DNA from: Asterias rubens
Taxonomy: Eukaryota
DNA length: 64,000 nucleotides
Assembly (NCBI RefSeq): GCF_902459465.1
Contig: NC_047065.1
Location: 10,044,001 to 10,108,000, forward strand
Direction: 5' to 3'
The notes beneath the pieces are model-generated. The model was not told the DNA's origin, did no database searches, and was given only the letters and a program-made list of their open reading frames with translations. Numbering within the stretch: position 1 is the stretch's first letter; the number at the start of each line of letters is the position of its first letter. Shown piece by piece: positions 35,201-46,802 of this stretch. Position numbers and translations under genes: made by a program.

Positions 35201-35899
35201 GGGTTTGTAGGTCAGTTTGGTTAATTTCGTATGGAGAAATTCGTAAAAAGTACCCAATGCAGCTGCACATGAGGGCTCTTTCGATAACAAAACCCGACGG
35301 TTGGCAAAATCTACATCCTGAGTCCTGACCAAACTGCGTTCTAACAATTTTGTTGCTTCAGAACTTTGAATGGAATGTTCGTTTACAGCTTCAAAACAGC
35401 CGTTGATGTTTCACAAAGTTCGTAACTATGAAAGCTTACTATTCTTAAACGGTGATTTCATGTACTCTTTTGTAGGTTTAACTGGCAAAACCTATACAAT
35501 GTATATGAAAAGAATCAGTAATGTATTTACTTTCTTTTTGAAAATGTTTCAACTTTTGCGTGTGTACGTTCTGTGTGTGGGGGATGACATGGACTGTACC
35601 ACTAATGGTGCAGAGTTAAATGGAACAAATAAAGTTTCACAACAATGGGTTGCTGATGTTTGATGCGTTTAAAAAATGCTGGAAAGTTGGGTAGGCCTAC
35701 ATGAGTGACTTAATTGTAATAAACACATATGTAACAGATGCATGTATTAAAGCCTAATGTTTTTTATTTAACACGCGAAATTAAACCCCCTTGTACAAAA
35801 TGGTTTATACACAATGCCATTTACCCCTCTGCGAAACATCAATGAGTCACTCTGGAATGTTAATGGGAGTCCAAGGTTGCCACCCACTTCAAACCTAAA

Positions 35900-36052
35900 G
35901 AGGTGGCTCTGTGTGCAGCCTACAGCTCCCCCCCCCCTTAGACCAACAGGTGGCCCATATCAAAACCAGACAACCACAGAGGTGACTCTGTGTGCAGCCA
36001 ACGGCTTCCCCCTTCGACCAACAGGTGGCCCATATCAAAACCAGACAACCAC
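35900..36052 (+). repeat. ~80-bp tandem duplication
   Basis: gaccaacaggtggcccatatcaaaaccagacaaccaca occurs twice, as does gaggtg(g/a)ctctgtgtgcagcc. Confidence 0.85.
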
Positions 36053-38703
36053 ACATGTAAGGAGATATCGCTCGTGACTCCAGCCAATCAGACAACTCGT
36101 AAGAGGGAGTTCGGTTCAGGGTTTTGTAGACTTGCAACCCGACGTCTGTAACGACACAACCGTGTTGGATTCCACAAGGATGCCATGCCACTGGACCTTC
36201 TAATTTTCAATCCAAGATGGCGCGGGTTACGCTTTTAATAGTATAGATGTAGTATAGATGTAAGTATGCCTGTCTAGTGATTGTGTGCGAACATAAGTAA
36301 TACAACTGATTTACTACGTGAAAAGAAAGATAAACCGTTTAGTCTTTGTTTTTGAACACCGGTACGTTGGTCCAACTGTGTCCCACGTCTATGAGCAAAA
36401 CATACGTTGGGCCGATTTGATTGGTCAGCATTGGTGGCCAGAGCGTATGTTAGAAGTGGGCTGTCGTCATGACCATAACTTGGGCTTTATTTGACTGTAC
36501 TCAGATTTGACTGTAACAAAATAATTTATTGTGCATACAAAATTGTGGAGCGGTGGCCAGTGTGTTATACGTCTGCAAGGGGGTCAACGCTGCTGGTGGT
36601 CGGTGAGGTCACGTGCGCGTTTTTTATGCACAGATTTTGTCCACGGAGCTAATGCACTGCTTCACAGTGTGACGTCATATGCAATGGATCAATATATTGA
36701 CCCCTTGAACTGACGTCATATGTCGCCTATAAAAAGTGCATGCGGGAACAATGACATCCAAAATGGCGACAAAGAATATTTGGATGATGACGTCATACTC
36801 ATATGACGAGAATTTGGTCACTACGCACCAATGTTGTCTCATATTGGCAGTTAGACCCAATAATAACTAGTGCACACAAGCAATGTTTATTTTACTTGTT
36901 TCATGGGAAGGGTCATACGAGATTTGCTAATTACATTCACGCGTACATGCATGGACTACTTCGCAAACATATTTTACGCGCAAAATATCCGCACAATGAG
37001 GTACAAGCTATAGCATTTTACGGTTATCTAACGTGTGCGTAAAACGTTTCTGCAAAGTCCCTCCGTTAAAGTGCAAGATTCGCGCGCACCGGAACGAGAA
37101 AACAGGTCAAACGAAGAACATGTCCTATCAAATGATCGTCTAAAGTTATATTTATGACAAAATGTGAACAATAAAAATACTCATTATGTTTTATAAAAAT
37201 TAGTTTCTAGCTTTTATATTATACTTAAATAATTTGTTACTTATTATTGAAAATGTTAATTCTGGGAGAATGATGTTTACCTAGTCTGAACGTTATGGAA
37301 AGCCCTTTGGAGTTTAGCGATAATAGACGCAGGAACTGCACGGTAAGGTCCCTAGATGTGTTACATCGGCAAGGTATTTCGACAGAATTTCAGTTTTTAC
37401 TTTCTGTTTAGTTTCACATAATTTTGCCTTATGCTGTTCTGTCAGGAAAAGTCTGCAAATCATTGAGGAAGACATTTGCATTTGCCTCGCGTAGAAAACA
37501 TTGCGCTGCCGCGACCTAGCAATCCACAGGCAGCGTGTGCCACTTATGGTGCGCTTGGAACGGTCTACAAGTTTCGTGATCGCGGAGGTTGGCACGAATT
37601 CTATTTTTGTGTGTGCAAGAAACCAGAAGCTGAGGTTAATTTAAATTCTCGTTTTTAATTGTTTTACTTTCATATAGTTTATCGCTTAGTACGAAGTAAA
37701 ATAATTTTCGAAATAAAATCTCACATTTATTGTGCAAACATGGCACCAGGCTATTTTTTTTCATCCAACCTCAGTTTGGTTACAATGAGTTAGAATAAAG
37801 TAAAATCAAGATGGCCACACCGTGATGGTCTAGTATATAGCAAAGGAATGGTAAAATATCCACAACCTTAAATAGGGAGATCATTGACGTTATCTGTCCC
37901 TAAATTAAACATGCCTCCGGCATTAGCCCATGTGTGAAAAATCTCCTCGATTAATGTATTGTATCATAGAGCAGAACACGTTTGTTTTTCAGTATTCCCG
38001 CACGCATTAAGTTAATTAGAAATCAGGAAACGAGCAGGTGTCGATTTCTGTCTTCCTGAATCTCAACTCGATACAAACACAAAAAATTACATTATTTTCA
38101 AAGCATAAAATATTCTATAAAAAATGGTTACTGAGAGATGTCCGAGAGGAAAATAAACAGTTGTGTTGAGTTGAGCGGCATCCCCACAGGACTTCCTTAA
38201 TTAAGCTGAAGGTATGCTAGGATACACAGTGCCATTTGAGCTTACGGCAGCATCTCGCGTCCTCAAGATGTCAGGTGATAAGTAGAGACTTTGTGGCATG
38301 ACATACAAGATTCATTGGGACATCATGCCAAGAGTAATTATTATTGTCTGTTCAATAAACTCCGAGATTGTATCGTATCAGAGGCCTTCTGTATTAATAA
38401 CTAATCTATTCGGATAGTTATTCAGTTCAAGCCTGTAGCATAAAACAGTGTCAAACTTAATTAATGGCATAATGATGTCTAATTCACGCATAATAATGGT
38501 TAAGTCACGCTATATGAGCTCAATAATTTGACCTTGCTGATAAAGGTCCGTTTGCTACTTTAAGAATGACGAATTTATTACCACAGTCCATGTTGGTAAC
38601 TGGTGTCGATATTTTGAGGATTTGCGGCATATTATGATCTCTTCTCCTTTTATCACAGTGAACCTTGGTGGTCTTGTGGTTGAGCTATCTGCTCACTAGA
38701 ATG

Positions 38704-38841
38704 TAGTCTTGGTGCAAGACGTTTCTCGTTTCCCTTTCACGCGCACCGCGGCCAATTCACCGACAGCGCGCGCACCGACTCACCTGACTTTGGCCGCGGT
38801 GTGCGTGAAAAGCAAACGAGAAACGTCTTGCACCAAGACTA
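38704..38841. mobile_element. 138-bp MITE (TAGTC...GACTA) with 9-bp TSD
   Basis: TIR tagtcttggtgcaagacgtttctcgttt is perfect; TSD ACTAGAATG at 38695-38703 and 38842-38850. Confidence 0.92.
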
Positions 38842-41800
38842 ACTAGAATGTGGATGATCGTGAGTTTCATCAAACCACACCCAAGCAGCACCTGTGATTC
38901 TTCGTGAATGTACATATATACAGTGTCAACACTGCATCAATGAGATACCACCACAAATTTACTAAACGGAAATGATATTGGTATTACTCAACGTAATGAT
39001 AGAGGTGGGAGACTTGGGGCATAAATATACTGTGGCCTGTTCGAAACCACGGCTTGGGTTCAGGCTTGGGCTCACTCATTAAGATTGATAACTTGGACGG
39101 TGTGTAAGCCGGGACCTTCCTAAGCCTAAACCTTGTTTTGTCTTGGTATATTGTGTAAACAGGGTAAAACATTCTCAATCACGACTATAAGTTTGAACGT
39201 GCTCGTCAAATTTACAGATGGTACCCGTGCCCTGCCATTTACAAGGTCGCAGCTCGAATCCCACCTGAACGGAGCATGTATAGATAGGGTTTTGCACGTC
39301 ATTCGACTCGAGGCTTTCAGTCCCCCCTATAACGCGAGTTTCCCATGCTTTGGGGGTTTCATCTAAGACTGAAGAAAACAAATCGACGTCTTCTGCTACC
39401 GGTATCTTTAGGTCTTTTGGTTTCAACACATAAGTCTTAATGACATAAACCTAGGACTCCACACGGCCATGGCGTTCCACTTCAACTTTCACTTTCATTT
39501 GTACATCATTATGGTGCAATTGCAATAATGTTAAATGTCAAGTGACCGAACGTAGGCCCAAATGGTAGAGCCAAGGTAAGAGATCGTTCTCAATATTACA
39601 TTAACATTGCTGATGATTTTGAAGGCAACTTTCGCTGCTTCTGCCCACGATGAAAATTTCGATTTTTTTCCCAAGACACCACATTAATGTAATCTCATTT
39701 AAACTAATACCAAAGCTTCTTTCCATGTGTGAGCAAAACTTCCTGTGTCTTCCAAGGTTTATTTTCTGCCAATACCTTGAGTATACGTCGAAGATTATAA
39801 ACTAATTTTCTCTTCTCGAAATTAAATGTTTGCTTTTCTTTTTGGCTATTTTAAAATTATTTCAGTGATACCTCAAAAGAATGTTGACATCATAGCCGAA
39901 TCACAAAATCAAGTGAGATAAAGAAGCCTCTTTCAACGCGTCTCCACATGAGACTGTAGACAGTTGATTAGATGTAATTAACTTAGTGAGTTGCCGGCTG
40001 TCCTTTTCATTCTCCTCCTACATAGTCAAAATGGCGCATCAATCAATCATCAAAGAGCCAGCAGACTCTCGCAATCGTTATAAGCCACTCATCAAGCACG
40101 GATATAGGTACCAAGGTAATCATTCATTAGTCTTGGATTTATTTAGGAAATAACGTGACTGTGACTAATCTTCAACTGTAGCATTCCTCACCATCAGTGC
40201 TAGCAAATTAACCTCCCGCTTTCTATCATTAATACAATCAATTATTAAGCTGTTTAGAGGAAGACCGGAATAATTAAATGATAAATCACAGAGAGGTGTT
40301 TGAACACTAGCGTTTGTTTCCTCCGAACAGATCAATGGGCGTTGGTGGTAATAGCTGAAAATTGAACGTCTGATACAGCGTTCTTTTATTTCGACGGACC
40401 CCCCCCCTGTAATAAGCCTCGTTAAAATGATACCCTTATAGAGAAAGTAACGTACCAGTAACGCTCATAGGAAGCACACGAGACAACAGAAGCCTCGAAA
40501 ACACATTGAAAAGTGGAAAGACAAATATATTAAAAACAAATTATCAAAGCTGTTTTTATTATGATTCCTAAGAATATCTAGACCCCCTGTTTAAAAAACC
40601 CAACGCCAATTGCCAGCTAGCAGGGCCCCGTGCTACGCAAAGAACCTGTTTTCTCTTAAGCAATCAAGCTGGCTCAAAAGGTTTTTTTCAGGGCGATGTG
40701 TTTTATTTTAATTAACCAATTAATCTTATTGTGCTGATGATTTGATGAGTTATAATTTCAGTGTTTGACACTAATTTTGGTGTCCACGTTTTGACGCATG
40801 CGTTTGCAGTTTCAACGCGCCAAAAGTCACACAACGCATGCAACCCATTTATAGAATATATTCTATATCTATGATGCAACCTAATAAAATCGCGTTCAAT
40901 AAAAGTGATGAGCTTTGAGCTTGAATGGACCTAAATTATTTTACTATAATTAATGATAGAGATAGACGGAAAGGGTGTATGTGTTTTAACAGAAACTTAG
41001 CGTGCAAAATCTGTATAATATAGTCGCATTATGCACGCTGTTGAAAATGTGGCTGCGTACATTTTAAGCAAACGTGAACGTGAACGTTAACCTATTCATC
41101 GACTTAGTTAATACTTTAATCATGGAGGTACCTCCATCCTTTAATTGAAAAGGGGGTTTCTGAGTTGAAAGGAACTTCCTGTAAAAACCAATGATTCGTG
41201 CTCGCATTTCAACTTATTTAAATTGATTGCGCGGTTTAGCATACATAATTTGGTTCTCACTCAATCATCTTGACAGGTGCGGTGTTAGGTGGTAAGCTGC
41301 AACAATAAGCAGGCTTTCAACGTTTTTTCTAAGATATCATATGTCTCGGTTGTTAACATACGGTTCCCTCCCATGCTCGGATCAAGTTATTCCTTTAAAA
41401 TAAATAGACAGATAATGAGCTATAATAGTTGTTCCAACTTGTCTGTCAAGAGATCTAGACCATGATATTTTCTCATCATAGCCATTGACCCTTAACTTCA
41501 TCAAAGGAAACTGTCTTTGCAGTCCTCCATAATGTTCACTTCAAATGACACAGAACAAATTCATGTACCACGGGAAATCGAACCTCGTAGGGCCTATAAA
41601 CAACGCAAAGCTATAAATCAATTACAGACAAAGAGACTTTCGTCAGTAAAGGAAACTGAATATTATTCTAAACATTGAATATAGTGTGCTGATTAGCATA
41701 CCCTCCATGATCTCGTTATATCGAATAGTGTAAATGGCGCCCTTTGCATGGTTCGTATTTGGGGGAAGGGGGAAAGGATTCAGATCATCTTGACCGTGTT

Positions 41801-42770
41801 GTCTGCACTTTGAATAAGGAGTAGAGTGTAATACGAGCTTTATCATTCTACTACACGAGCTTATTGTATACGATCAATGCAGCGTCTGATGGGAACGAAT
41901 CAATGAGGATGTGAAGTGCTGCTCAGCTGCTTAGAAGACCAATCGTCAATCACTATCTATTGAATATTTTTACACAAAATAGTCAGAGTGCTTCAAATCA
42001 CATTAAACGTGGAATTAAGCAATTGAGGCGCCTATACTTCTTTGTATAAAATCCCCTAGTCTTGAATCAACTATTAGACGACGTCCCAGGTGAGGAGCAA
42101 GTGCAATTGCTTTCTCATATCAGGGATGAACATCGGAATAAAGTACGTGCGTGTTTTTGGTCCATGTTTAGGGTTATAAGTTCGTTTTTACGAAAGCCCG
42201 TTGATTTGTTTGCAAGTATTTTAATCGTCTTGTATTGGGAAGTCTATTAGTTAGCGTAATATTGTTTCTTTGATGTAATGTCTTGTTTGGGGAAGTCTAT
42301 AGATAGAGCGAATCTTGATAAGATTTGCTTTAATAGACGCCAACAAAACTACTCATTTTGTACTTGCAAAAAAGCTATTTCGATGGCACTAACGGGCTTT
42401 CGTGAATTTGCAATTTGTTTCTTTAAAATAATTTAAGATTGCGAGGTTCCACATTAAAGGTCGGCTTCCCCACACTGTGCTGTTGTGCGCCTAAGTGATG
42501 TTGGGTCAGATGGCTTAAATGCGCCAAATAATGATGGATACTTCCGTCTTTTAGTTGGGATTCTCCGACATCGCTGCGAGTTCATCCAGTCTATCAGACT
42601 AACAAACTGAGCAAATTTCATTAAGAAAGGTGTCTACGTTTTCGAGCAGACCGAGAGGAAACCGGTTTTTATAATTTACTTCAGACGGACTTTTCCTCTT
42701 GACGATTGGTATTAAATAAATGCGGTTAAAGTGCTAATCGCTTGAAAATCATAATAATGTTATCATGATA

Positions 42771-42952
42771 ACGGCAGTGGACACTATTGGTTATTACTCA
42801 AATTAATTATCAGCATAAAACCTCACTTGGTAACGAGTAACGGGGAGAGGTTGATAGTATAAAACATTGTGAGAAACGGCTCCCTCTAAAGTGACGTAGG
42901 TTTCGAGAAAGAAGTAATTTTCCACGAATTTGATTTCGAGACCTCAAGTTTA
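42771..42952. mobile_element. Truncated TTAA MITE between 60-bp direct repeats
   Basis: ggcagtggacactattgg...gagacctcaagtttaga, then breaks off. Confidence 0.8.
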
Positions 42953-43597
42953 GACTTTTCCTCTTGACAATTGGTATTAAATAAATGCGGTTAAAGTGCT
43001 AATCGCTTGAAAGTCGACATTTAATGTCATTTTAAGACTATTAAACATATTTGGTTGAGTTGAGCATAAGTAAGAAGTTCCAAATGTTGTATCATAGAAA
43101 TAATGACATTAGCTATAAAGCATTATGAAAATAATGTCAACATCAAAGTAATAAATTGGAAAAGCGTCGAGAGTTAACTAATTGTTAACATTTGTTTTGG
43201 CCTACATAGACATAACAACAAACTTCCAGCAATTAGAAAAGTTGGCATCCAATGTGACAATCATATTTAAAGCTGTATAAAGACATGAAGGGAAGGTATA
43301 AGTTTGGTTATCAATCTTAATATTTACAATACAAACGTACTTGGTTTAAAGTACAGCCGCTTGCGCGTCAGTGTACAAAGCATTTTTAGAATCATTTCAC
43401 TTTATATCATTTCAGATATAAGTTTTATCTCCCAAAGTTTGCATCTGTACATAAACGTCTTTAAGATTGTGTATTTCAATTAACCGATTCTTCTTCCCTT
43501 ACGTGGACAAAATCACTCCGGGTTTTCTACCACCTGAACACCAATGTGTTAGCATAACAAATTACCTGTATAAGCAATTAATGGAGATAAACCATTA

Positions 43598-43899
43598 CAA
43601 GAAACGACTCCCTCTGAAGTGACGCAGTTTTCGAGAAAGAAATAATTTTCACTAACAAGATAATTGAATTTGATTTCGGACCTCAGAATTAGATTTTGAG
43701 GTCCCGATATCAAGCATCTGAAAGCAAATCAACTTCGTGTGGCAAGGGTGTTTTTTCTTACATTATTATCTCGCAATTTCTACGACCAATAGTGCGTTAA
43801 AATTTTCACAGGTTTTTTATTTTGTGCAATATTATGTTGAGATACATCAAGTGGGAAGAATGGTCTTTGACAATTTACCAAAGGTGTCCGGTGTCTTAA
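43598..43899. mobile_element. Decayed TTAA MITE
   Basis: Family internal sequence; ends gtgtccggtgtc|TTAA. Confidence 0.75.
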
Positions 43900-44016
43900 A
43901 ATTGAAATTTGTATAGGTTATGTTTTTTGTATAACAGTACCTTTACATGACTGTATTGATAAAATACAGAATCAAAACAACCGGACGGTTCCAAAAACAG
44001 AAGGTATACTTTCCCT

Positions 44017-44787
44017 TTAAAGGCAGTGAACACTATTCGTAATTATTACTCAAAATAATTATCAGCATAAATTATCACTTGGTAACGAGTAAAGGGGAGA
44101 GGTTGATAAGTAAGTTTGAAACATTGTGAGAAACGGCTCCCTCTGAAGTGACGTAGTTGTCGAGAAAGAAGTCATTTTCCACGAATTTGATTTCGATACC
44201 TCAAGTTTAGAATTTGAGGTCTCGAAATCAAGCATCAGAAAGCACACAACTTGTGTGACAAAGGTGTTTTTTCTTTCATAGTTATCTCGCAACTCCGACG
44301 ACCAATCGAGCTCAAATCAGGTTTGTTATTTTATGCATAACGTAGAGATACACCAAGTGAGAAGACTGGTCTTTGACATTTACAAATAGTGTCCAGTGTC
44401 TTTAAAGGCAGTGGACACTATTGGTAATTACTCAAAAGAATTATTAGCATAAAACCTTACTTGGTGACGAGTATAGGGGATAGGTTGATGGTATAAAACA
44501 TTGTGAGAAACGGCTCCCTCTGAAGTGCCATAGTTTTCGAGAAAGAAGTAATTTTCCAAGAATTTAATTTCGAGACCTCAGATTTAGAACTTGAGGTCTC
44601 GAAATCAACCATCTAAACGCACACAACTTCGTGTGACAAGGGTTATTTTTCTTTCATTATTATCTCGCAACTTTGATGACCGATTGAGCTAAAATTTTCA
44701 CAGGTTTGTTATTTTATGCATATGTTAAGATACACCAACTGTGAAGGCTGGTCTTTGACAATGACCAATAGTGTCCAGTGCCTTTAA
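44017..44787. mobile_element. Two head-to-tail TTAA MITEs sharing the TTAA at 44402-44405
   Basis: gtgtccagtgtct|TTAA|aggcagtggacac junction. Confidence 0.9.
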
Positions 44788-45659
44788 AGGCAGCAGCTCT
44801 TCCGTGAATGAGTAACATGCATATTGAATTTTTGAATTTTTGATAAAGCAGAAGAAAAGACAAATGCAGTGATATTAGCGATGTGTTATTTTGCGACGGT
44901 CTTTGTGCAGTTTACACGAATGTTGTTTGGCATCGCAGTAAGCCTAATGAGAAAAGGAGATCCGGTGCATATCATTAATATACAGCGAGGTCTATACGAA
45001 TTAAGCATCTATTGCGTTAATGCCAGGGTGTGGACCGAATTCACCGTATAATGAGATCATGTTGATTACAGGTGCATTGTCAAGCATTGAATAGCTTATA
45101 TTATACAGACACCATTACTGCTCCCTATAGTTCACATTAGACGCTTATCGTATTATAGAGGTGGATTAAATATCCGCTGACGGTTGCAGTAGTTCAAGAA
45201 AAAAACAGTGAATTTTCAGCCCGTAGTCTGTGCTTTTTCTGAGAAGGCACATGATCACAGTAATGTATACTATTGGGTATAGGTGTTTTATAGGCAACTT
45301 CAATTCATTCTCTGATTTGCAATGTGAAATTTACGTCTGCGTATATTAAGTAAGTTTTCAAAATGCTATTAAATTGCGTTCGATTTTATAGTTCGAAGTT
45401 ATTTTATAACGATGCTATAAGTAAAGCAAAAGGTTGTTAATGAAGAACCTTTTGTTTTTAAAGCAATGACCATCGTGCAACTAGGACCTATGCATGTAAT
45501 TGATAAGTCATCAATGTTTACATGGGAACAATATTGAATTGCATTTTTTGTTTATATTCGCCGAATTCCATTCATTAAAACATGAATCCAACTGGTTTCT
45601 GACCACCTAGCACATTCAGCTGAATATTGAAATGCTAATATATTAATAGTATTTGCTTT

Positions 45660-45755
45660 TATCCATAACACACCGATAGGTGCAAATAACTACAAGTACT
45701 TCCCTTCATCCTGTGGCATAATTTCACGGACTCGGGTGTGATTCGAACCCTCCTT
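45660..45755 (-). mobile_element. SINE-like fragment
   Basis: Minus strand ggaGGGTTCGAATCacacccgag (B-box-like). Confidence 0.4.
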
Positions 45756-46424
45756 CGGGCGGGTACATCGTTGAGTTAATGAGCCATACGTGGGCGTGAC
45801 GTCACTGGCAGCGTGTAACAATTTATATGTATATCCTGTATAATTTGTGTTTATTACCCCACGAAAAAATATATTTATTTGTTTATCTGCCCAACAAAAT
45901 CTAAAGCAACTGCCTGTATATTATAAACCCCCTATAATAAACACACATTACCTGAACATATTCTGGGAACGAGGAATGCATGCAGTTCCAAACCTGCATA
46001 ATTGTCCCCAAACAGTGAGGCAAAGTTTTAAGATGCGTGACGCAGAAGAGGCCATTATAACCCTGTGTTTAATTGAATGTTAACAATGAGTGACATTCCA
46101 AAGTTAATTAACCATCAGAAAAAAAATACTAAATTTACAATTGAATCGTCGCTAAACCATAAAAGTAACCTGAATATAAAAGGACATGTAATTAAATCTG
46201 ATGATAAGGCGCATTGTTAAATGGATCTTATTGTCTCACTGTTTTATTATCGACTTTAGCCTTGGAACAAACAGGACCGGTATTGCTGCACCTAAAAATA
46301 CCGCTTTCTGATAAATGTATTGAAAACAGCATATTACATAAAAAATGTTTCAAAATATATTATCTATACAAATTGCATTGCATGGCGCTGCCATACACAT
46401 AAAAACAAGCGAAACAGTTCATGC

Positions 46425-46802
46425 TTAAAGGGAGGGTACACGTTTGGTAATTGTCAAAGACCAGTGTTCTCACTTGGTGTATCCATACATAACCATATAA
46501 AGTAACAAGCCTGTGAAAATATGGGCTCAATTGGTCATCGAAGTTGCAAGAAAATGATGAAAGAAAAACACCCTTGTTGAACGGAATTGTGTGCTTTCAG
46601 ATAGGAATAAAAGACTTCTAGCTAGAAGTCTTTTATTATTTTTAGTGAGAAATTACCTCTTTCTCAAAAACTAAGTTACTTCAGAGGGAGTCGTTTCCCA
46701 CAATGTTTTATACTATCAACAGCTCCCCAATGCTCGTTACCAAGTCAGTTTTTAAGTGAATATTTGTTTTGAGTAATTACCAAACGTGTACATTCCCTTT
46801 AA
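46425..46802. mobile_element. TTAA MITE subfamily with variant TIRs
   Basis: TTAA|AGGGAGGGTACACGTTTGGTAATT...AATTACCAAACGTGTACATTCCCT|TTAA. Confidence 0.88.

Noticed and set aside
39175-39429. RVIGGTES resembling a trypsin activation site
   Set aside because: No following W-P-W/Cys-Gly-Gly or catalytic-triad exons, and no fitting splice sites were found.
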